The notes under the pieces were generated by a model, which saw nothing but the letters and a program-made list of their open reading frames with translations, was not told the DNA's origin and did no database searches. Source: Selaginella moellendorffii (Eukaryota; Plantae; Lycopodiophyta). From it: a DNA stretch of 64,000 nucleotides. Each line of letters opens with the position of its first letter. The first letter of the stretch is position 1. The position numbers were made by a program, and so were the translations under genes. The stretch is from NCBI RefSeq assembly GCF_000143415.4, contig NW_003314367.1, positions 248,001-312,000 on the forward strand, in the 5' to 3' direction. Positions 47,817 through 60,475 of this stretch are shown here, piece by piece.

Positions 47817-50800
47817 TCACATTTGCAGTGCCTCAGAGAAGCGTTCTCTCAGCCGCTCCACCTTGAGCACCGACGAATGCTGTTTCCCAAAATATGTCCG
47901 GAAGTTGTCGATCAGTATCCTAAGATCGTGTGACACCGCCATCACGCTACGATAATAGTTGTTCTCCATCACGTCCATGGAGATTGGTAGCGCAATCCTG
48001 CATTGTTTGAAAACCTTTAGCTTCTTTCTCAATCGCAAGAGATTTTTCCAACTTGCCTGTCAAGAAAATCCGGCTTGCTCACGGCCTGCTGCAACCTCCA
48101 CAAGCCATACTCGTCCTGTGAAAAGCAAAAGCTCGTCAAGCCAAGACCAAAACCGAAACATTCCTCGAGTCTATGATCGATCGCACAAAAACAAACCTTG
48201 GATTGGTTCAAGTGGAGCACCTGAGCAGCTCACGCACCTTGTCCTGCTCGATCTGTGGCGACTCCCAAGTTAAAGGATTCTCAACGTCGTGAAGCTCCCA
48301 GGGGCAGTGGTTCGTCGTCGATGGCTCGTCCTTGTACAGCACACTGATGCTGTCCCAGGGGCTGTTTGGAAACTCGGGCGACTTTGCCTTCACCTGAGTT
48401 ATCGTCCCTTCCCACCAGCGACCACCTTCTTCCTCGTCCGACCTCCACCACACTTGGCACTTGTCCCGACTGGACCACTTCCTGGCCATGGAGGCCTCGT
48501 AGCGGCTTCTCTCCACTATAAAGTCGGCGAAGTCTGTCAGCTCCGGCAAGTCGACGCTGAAGCTGCTGCCGCGAATCCTGTGCCCGTCCATGAACTCGAG
48601 AGTCAGCCGGCAACAAGTGTTCCCCAACACTTCGAGAATGATGTACTCCAGTCCGGTGATCTCGCAGAACTCGACCGCTTGCAGTTTCCTTTTCACGCTT
48701 CTCCAGGGACCATCGTCGTCGAGCCGCTTGTTGTCTAAGTAGTCTTGATGTCCCTGCAATCGACAGTTTCAATTAAAACATAATTCAAGACAAGCTCGTT
48801 GGATCTCTTACCTGTCGGAAGTACACCACCTCATCACCATACTGTGGGATGTAGCGCGTCCGCTCCACCTCTGTCAAGAGTAACCAGGACACGTTGCTCG
48901 GACTCCGATGCACCGTGCTGACGTGGAAATCCTTGTACCTCGACCCAACGTTCTTCTGCAGCTTCACTTTCAGTCTGCTCGAAGTTCTTCTTTCGGGCTT
49001 TCGGCGTCCATCGTCGTCGCTGCTTCTATCCCAGTCCGAGTCGTCGTAAGACGAGCTAGCTTCCCAGCGTGAGGGACGGCCGACGTTTCTCCTGCTTCTT
49101 GTGGACCTGCTGTTGGAGAGACTAACCACGCGACCCTGCGCCAGCCGTGTACTTCTCCTGCGGCCACCTGAAGCGTGCTCGTCGGCCTCATAACACTCGG
49201 TCTTAGTCGCAACTTTGCGAGGCCTTCTCCTTGAGTAGACGGCCTTGTTCATATTGCGCTTCATTTGTATATCGTCCACGTCCAGGTCCTCACTTGCCTG
49301 CTCTTCCTCGGGCTTGTAAGCATCCTCCAGCGACTCACTGTTACTGCCTGGTGAAACCTCTTCGTGGTAATCAGGGTCATTGTCACCATCTGGAGCTTCT
49401 CCATTCTGTAAGAACTCATTGCTCATAAGAGTTTGATTCTGCTCTCGTCTCTGCTGTTCGTCAAGGTAGTCAGCTGAAAGAGACCTCTCCGACTCGGACT
49501 CGCTAATGATCGCCCTTGCCACCACCTTTGTGTCTCCATTTTCTACACGAGTCGCTTCAAGGCCTTTCTTGGTATCACAAGGAACGTCTACCAGTTTATC
49601 CTCTTCGGAGCTGCTGCTGTGATAAGGCATGCGAGCACGCTTGGCTGCTTTCCCCTTCTTCCATATGTATCCCTGTTTGTCGTCAGACGAAACAGCTTCA
49701 GTGGGATTCTCGTCCGCGATAAAACCATCTGTTTCTGGATGACTGTCATTAGCCCCGGCCACGGGGACCTTAGAAGTGCCTTGTTCTGGTATTTCGAGGC
49801 TCCGAAAAGTATCCTCGTTGTTGGACGTTTGTGCACAGTTTCTCAACTTGAGTACTAACTTTCGCTGAGACCTTGGCCGCCTGCATTCACCCACGTCCGA
49901 AGTCTCTGCGGGACTCTTCTTCGGAGGTTCATCGTCTTCACGTTCCTGAGTTTCTGTAAGAACTTTCCCGTTGCGTAGAAGCCTCTGGTTCTCGTTCTCT
50001 CCAGATGTACCAGGTCTTTTGGCATCCTCAGCGGCCAGGCGGCGTGCTTCGTCGTCTTCGTACTCATGTAAGCTCGAAAACATGGTCAACGCATTCCGAG
50101 CTGCCATCCTCATAGGCCTCAATGCATGGTCCGGGTTTGACTTTCTTATCCGCTTTCTAGGCCTCAACCTCTGCGTTTCCTCAGGCATCAAAAGAGCATT
50201 GTTTGACTCCTCCAAGCGCCTGCGCTTTTGCTTCCTCACCAAGGTTGCGAGTATCTGTAGTGGACAATCACCATTGAAGTTATCAGAGACGCAAAAGCTG
50301 GACGTACGTACCTCTCTTTTCTTTTTCCTTGTTCTTCGGTTACGAACCCCATCAGAATCGATTTCGTCAATTTCTTTGTCGGTTGTTTCCGATTCACAGA
50401 TCGTACCACTTTCTTCATTTCCATCCTCGTCACTCGAGCTTTCTTCGCTCGCGCAGTAATCAGAACCAGAATCGTCACTCAATCCAGTGACTTCTTCATC
50501 CCAGTCCATTGCCTCACCATCCGCCGGTTGTTCTACCCATCTGTTGCCTTGCTCGTTTGTTTGCTCGATTGCTTGTAGAGCGGCAACTACTGCTTGAGGC
50601 TGATCTTGAGGAATGAACGCTGGATCATCAAACGTTCCCACTGCGAGCTGAACTGACGGTGGTTGCCAGTTGCAACCTAGGAGTCCCAGCCGACGTTGTT
50701 GGTACGAACTTTGATAAGGTTCTGGATAGGGAATCAAGCCTGAAAATGAAACAGAAAAATAAGTTGGACGAGGTAAGAAGTCACCAGCTTACTTGCATCG

Positions 50801-53800
50801 CACAAGAGATCTTGAAGATTCCTTTGATGAGGAGGCAACTGAGTTTCCTGTAAAAGAAAGATACTCAGTTTTTGCAAGAACAATACCGGAAAAGAACAAC
50901 ACTCAGGACTAAAACTAAATAAAAGCACTTACATCATTTTATTTACCTGACCGAGAACGCTTCCATGAGTATCTAGAACAAGAGGCCGATAATCTCCAAG
51001 AAAAAACTAAACAAAACCCAAACAAACAAACAAACAAAAAGCTGTTAGGAGAAGGATCTGAAGCTAATCTTCCTGATACCTGGTCGTATTTCGCATCTTC
51101 GTCGTCTTGACTTGGTGGTGCTCCCGTAGAAAAAAGGTAGACCTGGCCGACCTCATCGGAAACAACCAATGAGGTTCCATCCCTGAAAATTGGCAAACAT
51201 GAGAACAGTATATGGATATGAGGTGAAAAGTTGCCATCGACAAGATTATAATCTCCCATCTCAAATGTCCTTACTGGACGGCCCTCCCAGATCTAAAACA
51301 AAATTCGTGATCTTTTTTTTGAGCGAATACACTTACATCCCACACAATAACTCGGCCATCGTAGCCCGCACTCATTGCAATGCGAGGATTGCATGGATGT
51401 ACATCTAGCACGTAAGTCTAAATAATAGATGTTAAGAAAGAATGGAATCAATAAATTCCATTCAATACCTGTTTGGTATGGCCAGTTAAACAGTGCACCA
51501 GCCTGCCATCAACCGCATTCCAGACACATATCCGGCAATCTGCACATCCATGTTATTCCATAAAATTAGTTCGTGAGGTATCTTACCCATAATCGCGGCG
51601 AGTACAAAACGATTGTCCAAACTCCAGATTATCATATTGACACCTCGAGGAGTCGGAAGTAGTTTTTGTCGAGGTCCACCAGTTCGAACGGGAGGCTGTG
51701 GCATCGGAGGGGGCGGTACTTTCAAATGATAAGCTTTCACCCATCGACCTAGCTTCAGCTGGAGGAAAGAGGAGAAGTCATGGCATTAGTTACACAGAAA
51801 GAAAGGCCATGCACACCTGTTTTCTAGGACGAGGAGACCAGATAATAGCAGTGCCGTCTCTTGAGCAAGTAACTATGCTATCTTGAGGAAACCTGAACAA
51901 AACCAACGTTAAAACCAGATAGCAATGAGCGGCACAGTATACCAGGTTGTTTTGAACTTCGGTATGTTGTCAGGGACGTTGTCATCCTTCAAAAAGTCGA
52001 CGGGAGAAACTTTGATTGGCTCTGCACAACCACTGGAACAAAGGACGATTGATGTCAACGAGGACCAAGCCAAAGAGGCGAACCTGAACCACACGTAGTT
52101 AACTACATTCTCGTGTCCACTAAGAATGTCATGCTCATGATTTGGCCTGCCGGTGTACTCGTCCGCCCACTTTCTTGCGTCCCAAACCTGTTCCACAATT
52201 GTTAGAAATATAAAAAGTCCACTTTAAATGCTTACCCTGGCAAGCTTGTCCGAACTCCCAGTAACAAAGTATGAGCCATCTGCATTAAACGCACAGCACT
52301 GAATCTGATTCGTAGCCTGTGCTCGATTCTCAGCTCTTCTCAGCTCCTGCAGCTGGAAACAAGCTTTTAGAAGACCAAAAAAACATCGGCAGACTCTTTA
52401 CATTCGGGTTCGACATCCGGCTTCGGCATGTAGACACGTGGATTGACAGAAGAATCCCGAGCATCCATGTTCCGTCTTCAGACGAACTTGAAACCACGAG
52501 ATTTTAATACAAGTGGAAAAACCAAATTATTAACACTTACGATAGAAGATGGTGCTCACAGCCCGGTCGAGGACTAAATTTGATGGCCGTTACGCCCGCG
52601 GTGTGGCCACGAAGTATTGCAACGGGAACACCATCTGGTAATCCCCACTAAAGGCAGAAGCGAAATAAATCAAAAGAAGAAACAAAAATACAACAAAGGA
52701 ATACTTACAACACGGATGGAGGAATCGTTAGAAGCTGATGCAACTAGAGTGTTCGAACTACTTACAGACAAATCGGTTATATCCCCCAAAAGCCAGGTTT
52801 TAAGCACAATATTCGAAACGGATGCAGAAAATAGTACCTCGTGTCCTCTACAGCTACGAAGGCAAAGTCGATTTTCTACGGACCATATCTTCACAAGCCG
52901 ATCGTCCGAGCCAGTGACAAGATACCGTCCAGTACGATAAAAAACGGCTGCACGTTTATCGCTTCGTTAATAGGTCTTGAAAATCAAAAAGAAAAGAAAC
53001 ACGTACCACAATATACCGCATTACGATGACCCCTTCGCACCTGGATGATTCTTATTCGGTTCACCAGTACAGAAGGCTTGATGATAACATGTTTCACAGT
53101 CCGTGTGGATGGCGGTCTGTGATGCTTTGCAAATCCACCACCAAGTTCACGGAACGCGAGAGCATGAACTTGGTCAGCTTGCCAATGCGGCCATCGCATT
53201 TGTTCTATTCTCTTGGTAGAGATACTAGTAGCATTGCTTTACTCCGCTGTATGAAGTTTGCTCGGATCAGCAACGGCAAGATTCGAAAAGTACACGGCTT
53301 ACATTCCAAAAGCGAGAATGCTCCTGACCCCAAAAGCGTAGGAACGTCCGCGGCGGTCAATTGCTTGGGAACTTTCGCATCAAGCAAGGACGCGGACTTG
53401 TCGTGAACAAGTAGTTGCTGCAAGAGCTTAACCAAGTGGTTGTTGTCAACGTTCTTATATCTGAAAATCGAAAAAAAAAAATCCATCCTTTTGTCAGCAA
53501 GACAAACCAAAAAAACAAAGAACTTAGCGACACACAATACCTCTCGGCAACTTGCGCGTAGCTGAGTGGGAACGACAAGCCATCGTCATTCTCGTCGGCG
53601 GGGGGCGTTCCATTCCTGATGGTACCTCCGGGGCAAGAGCTTGTGCTGTAGGAGCTCGTTCCAGAGCTGGTCAGTGGCTCTCTCGTAAGGGCCTCTCCTC
53701 AGGAAGTGCATGATAACTTCCGCAACTCGATCTCCTCGTCTTGTTCATGCAGGTGATGATCAGCTCCAACATCAGACCGTAAAGCCACGAACGTTAGTCA

Positions 53801-53835
53801 GTCTGCACGAGAGGTTAGCTAAGCTGCATGAAGAT
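47817..53835 (-). pseudogene. BRWD/PHIP-like gene type A, near full length, second copy
   Basis: As 23138-29190. Own lesions: 13-bp deletion at ~48222, 12-bp deletions at ~47967 and ~48921. Shares the exon-1 frameshifts. Confidence 0.9.
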
Positions 53836-54161
53836 TGCACCCGAGTCTACTTGAAGACAGAAAACTTGAAAGCTTCGATTCAATGTTCCGTTACCATACA
53901 AAGCATTTGAACCGAGTGACTATATGCGATATCCGCAGCTCCAAAGGACCTCCTGAATAAATAGTTACACTCATCCACCTACAAGGAAGTACCAATTAGA
54001 CAATGCCAGACCACGTTCATGTGTATGTTCTTGGCCGGAAAAAGACTTACTATCAGAAGCTCACGACATATGAGCCTTTTTATTTCGAAGAACGAAGATC
54101 CGAATCAGAAAAAATTTTCCTGAGAAAAAAAAAGAACAGCTTTGTCGTTTCTATGAATCAA

Positions 54162-54719
54162 CTACTGATCATTGAACCAGCAGCAGCGCCACTTACCCAC
54201 CACTGTGCTCTTTGCACACGACTGGATCAAGCCATCCAAACCCTGATCCAGTATTTTAAAAGCCGCACAAAATCTAGATCTAACAAATGCTTACCTGATA
54301 GAGGGATGCGGAATAGTCGATCATGACTTGGTTGTGGGCTGCTATAACATCCTGGAGCATGAATGGGATCCATTTGTGCAGCAGTGAAGGAGGATTTGCA
54401 AGCAATCCATGGTGCATTGTTGCCATGGCTAGAGCAGTGAATGTTGCAGCTATGCGTGCTGCAATCAAGGAGGACCTCCAAGCACTTCACGATACAGTGA
54501 AGGAACCACAGCAACAACGTCTTCTTTTATGGCACTATGGATTGTTGGCAAATCCTCCCTCACTGCCGCACGAATGGCCATCACCTTGAGATTCTCAGTC
54601 ACAGCTCCCATTCCTGCACGCATGGCAGATGCCAGCACCAGCACACAAGCTGTGGTCACGATGCACAGCACATTAATCGCAATGGTGCTAACAAGCACTA
54701 TAGCAATCAAAAACTCCAT
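54162..54719 (-). pseudogene. TM-CC type A with internal inversion (54353-54504), unit 3
   Basis: Same inversion breakpoints as in units 1-2. Confidence 0.85.
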
Positions 54720-55192
54720 TGGCAAGGTTTGCAGCAAAGCCTTTGCAAAATCGAAAATGAAATCAAGTTTACAGTAGTTATGAAAGACACAAATGACACT
54801 CTTACCAGAAGTTCGAGCCGCCCGCCCTATCTTCGCAAGAACCCTAAGCTAACAGTCGCTTTATCTTACGTACAATGGGCCACTGGCCACTTTCTTGGTG
54901 GACCGCCATTCGTACAGTGGTCTGGCGGGAACTCGAGTTCCTTGTGCCACGATCAGTGGATTCTCGCGATTTCTATCAGTACACGGGCTCAATGACAAGA
55001 GGAGGAGGAAGAGGAGAAGGATGGCGCTCCATCTCCTCGACTTCTTTCGTCCTCATGGTTTTCCAGGTATAAAAAGATTGAGAGTGATCCTCGGACTGAT
55101 CTCGTGTTTGACAATGTAGATGGATCATGGATGTGTAAGGAAAATGTTTCTTTTCTTCATTAACTAAGACCTCGAGAAAATTTTTACAAAGC

Positions 55193-58100
55193 TCACATTT
55201 GCAGTGCCTCAGAGAAGCGTTCTCTCAGCCGCTCCACCTTGAGCACCGACGAATGCTGTTTCCCAAAATATGTCCGGAAGTTGTCGATCAGTATCCTAAG
55301 ATCGTGTGACACCGCCATCATGCTACGATAATAGTTGTTCTCCAGCCGCTCGCGAATCACGTCCATGGAGATTGGCAGCGCAATCCTGCATTGTTTGAAA
55401 ACCTTTAGCTTCTTTCTCAATCGCAAGAGATTTTTCCAACTTGCCTGTCAAGAAAATCCGCCTTGCTCACGGCCTGCTGCAACCTCCACAAGCCATACTC
55501 GTCCTGTGAAAAGCAAAAGCTCGTCAAGCCAAGACCAAAACCGAAACATTCCTCGTGGTTCGAGTGGAGCACCTCGTCCACGATGTCGAGCAGCTCACGC
55601 ACCTTGTCCTGCTCGATCTGTGGCGACTCCCAAGTTAAAGGATTCTCAACGTCGTGAAGCTCCCAGGGGCAGTGATTCGTCGTCGATGGCTCGTCCTTGT
55701 ACAGCACACTGATGCTGTCCCAGGGGCTGTTTGGAAACTCGGGCGACTTTGCCTTCACCTGAGTTATCGTCCCTTCCCACCAGCGACCACCTTCTTCCTC
55801 GTCCGACCTCCACCACACTTGGCACTTGTCCCGACTGGACCAGTTCCTGGCCATGAAGGCCTCGTAGCGGCTTCTCTCCACTATAAAGTCGGCGAAGTCT
55901 GTCAGCTCCGGCAAGTCGACGCTGAAGCTGCTGCCGCGAATCCTGTGCCCGTCCATGAACTCGAGAGTCAGCCGGCAACAAGTGTTCCTCAACACTTCGA
56001 GAATGATGTACTCCAGTCCGGTGATCTCGCAGAACTCGACCGCTTGCAGTTCCCTTTTCACGCTTCTCCAGGGACCATTGTCGTCGAGCCGCTTGTTGTC
56101 TAAGTAGTCTTGATGTCCCTTCTTGATGTCCCGGAAGTACACCACCTCATCACCATACTGTGGGATGTAGCGTGTCCGCTCCACCTCTGTCAAGAGTAAC
56201 CAGGACACGTTGCTCGGACTCCGATGCACCGTGCTGAGGTTTCTCCTCACGTGGAAATCCTTGTACCTCGACCCAACGTTCTTCTGCAGCTTCACTTTCA
56301 GTCTGCTCGAAGTTCTTCTTTCGGGCTTTCGGCGTCCATCGTCGTCGCTGCTTCTATCCCAGTCCGAGTCGTCGTAAGACGAGCTAGCTTCCCAGTGTGA
56401 GGGACGGCCGACGTTTCTCCTCCTTCTTGTGGACCTGCTGTTGGAGAGACTAACCACGCGACCCTGCGCCAGCCGTGTACTTCTCCTGCGGCCACCTGAA
56501 GCGTGCTCGTCGGCCTCATAACACTCGGTCTTAGTCGCAACTTTGCGAGGCCTTCTCCTTGAGTAGACGGCCTTGTTCATATTGCGCTTCATTTGTATAT
56601 CGTCCACGTCCTGCCTGCTCTTCCTCGGGCTTGTAAGCATCCTCCAGCGACTCACTGTTACTGCCTGGTGAAACCTCTTCGTGGTAATCAGGGTCATTGT
56701 CAGCATCTGGAGCTTCTCCATTCTGTAAGGACTCATTGCTCATAGAGTGTGATTCTGCTCTCGTCTCTGCTGTTCGTCAAGGTAGTCAGCTGAAAGAGAC
56801 CTCTCCGACTCGGACTCGCTAATGATCGCCCTTGCCACCACCTTTGTGTCTCCATTTTCTACACGAGTCGCTTCAAGGCCTTTCTTGGTATCACAAGGAA
56901 CGTCTACCAGTTTATCCTCTTCGGAGCTGCTGCTGCTGTGATAAGGCATGCGAGCACGCTTGGCTGCTTTCCCCTTCTTCCATATGTATCCCTGTTTGTC
57001 GTCAGACGAAACAGCTTCAGTGGGATTCTCGTCCGCGATAAAACCATCTGTTTCTGGATGCTCATGATTTGGCCTTCCGGTGTACTCGTCCGCCCACTTT
57101 CTTGCGTCCCAAACCTGTTCCAACAATTGTTAGAAATATAAAAAGTCCACTTTAAATGCTTACTCTGGCAAGCTTGTCCGAACTCCCAGTGACAAAGTAT
57201 GAGCCATCTGCATTAAACGCACAGCACTGAATCTGATTTGTAGCCTGTGCTCGATTCTCAGCTCCTGCAGCTGGAAACAAGCTTTTAGAAGACCAAAAAA
57301 ACATCGGCAGACTCTTTACATTCGGGCTCGACATCCGGCTTCGGCATGTAGACAACTTGACAGAGGTTCCGTCTTCAGGTCGGGGACTAAACTTGATGGC
57401 CGTTACGTGGTCACGAAGTGTTGCAACCGGAACACCATCTGGTAATCCCCACTAAAGGCAGAAGCAAAACGAATCAAAACAAAAAACAGGAGGACTCGTT
57501 AGAAGCTGATGCAACTAAAGTGTTCGAACTACTTACAGACAAATCGGCTATCTCCCACAAAAAAGCCAGGTTTTTAAGCACAGTAATCGAAACCAAGGTT
57601 CTTGCATAGTCCAAACCTCCGCAGCTACGAAGGCGAAGCCTATTTCTACTGCGATGCATTGCAAATTCACCACCAAGTTCGAGAGCATGAACGTGGTCAG
57701 CTTGCCAATGCATTTGTTCTATTCGCTTCATAGAGATACTTGTAGCATTTCTTTGCTCCGCTGCCAGTAGTTTGCTCGGATCAGCAACGGCAAGATTCGA
57801 AAAGACAAGGCTTACATTCCAAAAGCGAGAATGCTCCTGATCCCGAAAGAGTAGGAACGTCCGCGGCAGTTAACTGCTTGGACACTTTCGCATCACGCGA
57901 ACACGCAGTTGCTGCAAGAGCTTGTTGTCAACGTTCTTACACCTGCAAATCATCTTCTTGTCAACATGGAAAACCAATAAAGGACTTGGCGACACACAGT
58001 ACCTCCGCAACTTGCACGTCGCGGAGTGGGAACGACAAACATCGTCATTTTCATCAGCGGTGGGCATCCCATTCCTGGAGAAAAATTCATGGTACCTCCG

Positions 58101-58235
58101 GGGCAAGAGCTTGTGCTGTAGGAGCTCGTTCCAGAGCTGGCCAGTGGCTCTCTCGCAAGGGCCGCGACTCAGGAAATGCATGATAAAGAAATGGAGATCA
58201 CCTCAATCTCCTCGTTCAGCTCTCCAGGTTTCAGG
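55193..58235 (-). pseudogene. BRWD/PHIP-like gene, unit 3, internally deleted
   Basis: ~2.4-kb deletion at ~57060, intron loss at ~56120, type-B-like 5' end in the ancestral orientation. Confidence 0.9.
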
Positions 58236-58516
58236 TCCAAGCTTTGATTGAATCGTGTTCCGTTATCATACAAAGCGATTGAAGTGTACCCAGTGAAATC
58301 CGGGTCTGCTGAATAAATAGTTACACTGATCCACTTACAAGAAAGTACTATTAGACACTGCCAGGCCACGTCCATGTCTATGTTCTTGCCCGGAAATGAC
58401 TTACTATCAGAAGCTCAAGACATGAGTCATTTTATTTCGAGGAAACGAAGATCCGAATCAGAAGATTTTTCCCTGTCGAAAAACAAAACAGTTTTGTCGA
58501 GCTTTCTATGAATCAA

Positions 58517-58951
58517 CTACCGATCACTGAACATGGTCAGCAGCAGCAGCGCCACTTCTGTGCGGTTTGCACACCACTGGATGATCAAGCAAATAATTTC
58601 AAGATTCGCACAAGCCAGAACTTCACAAATGCTTACCGGATTAGCTTGGCCCTGGGCTGCCTCAGCTCGCAGAGCATCTCGCAGCATCCTCAGTTCCTCC
58701 CTCAAGGCACCAAAATCCTGTATCACCTGCCTGAGGCTGGGAAGGTCCTCCTTGAGAACTCCACGGAGAGCCTGTAGATCCTCCTTGAGAGCTCCACGGA
58801 GAGCCTGTAGATCCTCCTTCGCTGCTCCCCTGGTTGAAGAAGCCATGGTGATGACGCTCTTGGTGAGGAGGTTGATGATGAGCATGGTTGCAATGCAAGT
58901 TGCCGCAATGACAACACAAGCACCCGCGACCGCCACAATCACAACATCCAT
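58517..58951 (-). CDS. TM-CC orphan protein type B, unit 3
   Basis: Open 144-codon frame; about 5 aa differences and no indels versus unit 1. Confidence 0.6.
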   Translation of the reverse strand: MDVVIVAVAGACVVIAATCIATMLIINLLTKSVITMASSTRGAAKEDLQALRGALKEDLQALRGVLKEDLPSLRQVIQDFGALREELRMLRDALRAEAAQGQANPVSICEVLACANLEIICLIIQWCANRTEVALLLLTMFSDR

Positions 58952-59228
58952 GGAAGCTGCGGAGACGACGAACCCTAGATTTTACATGGAGGGAAAACTT
59001 GCTCACACTAACCCTGGCTATGGCGGACAATTTTCTTAAAAATTGTTTAAAGAATCGCGTTTTTTTGTTTATTTGAGTTTTTAAAGACGAGCAGCAAAGA
59101 GTCTGAGCTCCACGAGATTGGGACAAGGAATCCAAACCCGTCCTCGGTCGCTCTGCGGCAAAAGGGCCTGACAAAGAACGAACGCTTTCACGCTTGCGAG
59201 CTTCCAGCGGCCGTGACGAAGTCCGCCA

Positions 59229-60475
59229 CTACCTCGTCACTGAGAAGAAAACAAAGCTTGTGTAAGTAGCAGATGAGAAGAAAGGCAGTAAAGATTCACC
59301 TGAGGTCCTAGTGCTGTAAGGTGACGTCTGTAAGCTCCAAGCCTTCGAAGTGCAAAGCTTTTCAGAGTAGAACAAACCGCAAGCTGCAACAGCCGCCACC
59401 GTAACGCTGCACAAAAAACGTCCAGCGGATCTCAGTAAGAAGCCAAAGCACCACAGACGGTTGGTTACCTGCAATTCGAGATACTGAGCTCCTCTAGTTT
59501 CGGCCCCATGGCCACCATGAGCTCGCTCGGTAATTCGTCGGTTCACGCTCGCGAGAGAAAGGGACGTCAGCTCGGGCAGCCCTGCTCCGAAATTTGCTGC
59601 AATCCGGGAGCAAGATCTGCGAGAGAGGTCCTGCCAGGATTTTCTGCGCTGCCTTGGTACAAGCTCGTATAGCTTGGACCTTTAAAGCCTCCCGCTCCCC
59701 TTCCAAGCGACGTGATCCATCTTCTGGCGGAGAACAGCGACAGAGGAGAAGCGCGAGGCCAATCCACGTCGGGAGAAGCGGTCCCCGATGGTTCCACTCG
59801 ATTTGGAGGCGGCGGCGAGGCTGCCTGGCTGGGGACCCCCTGGCTGCGCTGACTTGTGTCATCCACGGGCTTGGGCACCTCTGCAAGATCATCGCGCATG
59901 ACATCCTCGTCGCCGTCAATCTGTGCCTCCTGTGGAGGCCTCGCCCTGGAGAAGAGCTCTTCTTTGTTGTCGGCACTGCCGGCTCCAGCACTGGCTCTGG
60001 CCGCGGCGGCTTGCTCCTCGATTTCCATGGCTCCGATTCGGCTTCCACCGTCTTACCTTTCCTCGCGCGGTGGCGCGGCGCGACGGCGTCTCCGGAGCTC
60101 CAACAGAGATGGCAGCCAGGGAGCCGGATTGGCGGCAGGAATCGATGCTGCTCTTGTACGGGCGTGGATTCTTCCCAGCGGCAGTGGGCCGGAGGCGCTG
60201 GATATCTTCCTCCGCGGGCGCATTCTCGGGAATCTTGATCTTGTCGTGGTGATTTCGCGAGGAGCTGTGGATCTTGGCGCCGGCGTAGTGGCTTCGCGAG
60301 GTTTTGTGGCCAGAGTAGGAGCAGCGGATCGATCCAGGACCAGGACAGGATTTCGTCCTCTTGTTCTTGGCGGGGGATTTCTGGTGCTAGGGTGATCGCC
60401 GTCGGCTTCCGGATCGAAGAGGAGCTCACGCGCATAAAACACGAAGGAGGAACAGCTGTGATATCTTGGATTCAC
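59229..60475 (-). pseudogene. ORF-X paralog with the longer 3' end, frameshifted
   Basis: Retains ~560 bp (59014-59571) that is missing in units 1-2. Confidence 0.35.

Larger units (their letters stand above)
27963..52597. repeat. Tandem segmental duplication, unit 2 (~24.6 kb)
   Basis: Collinear with unit 1 throughout. Confidence 0.95.
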
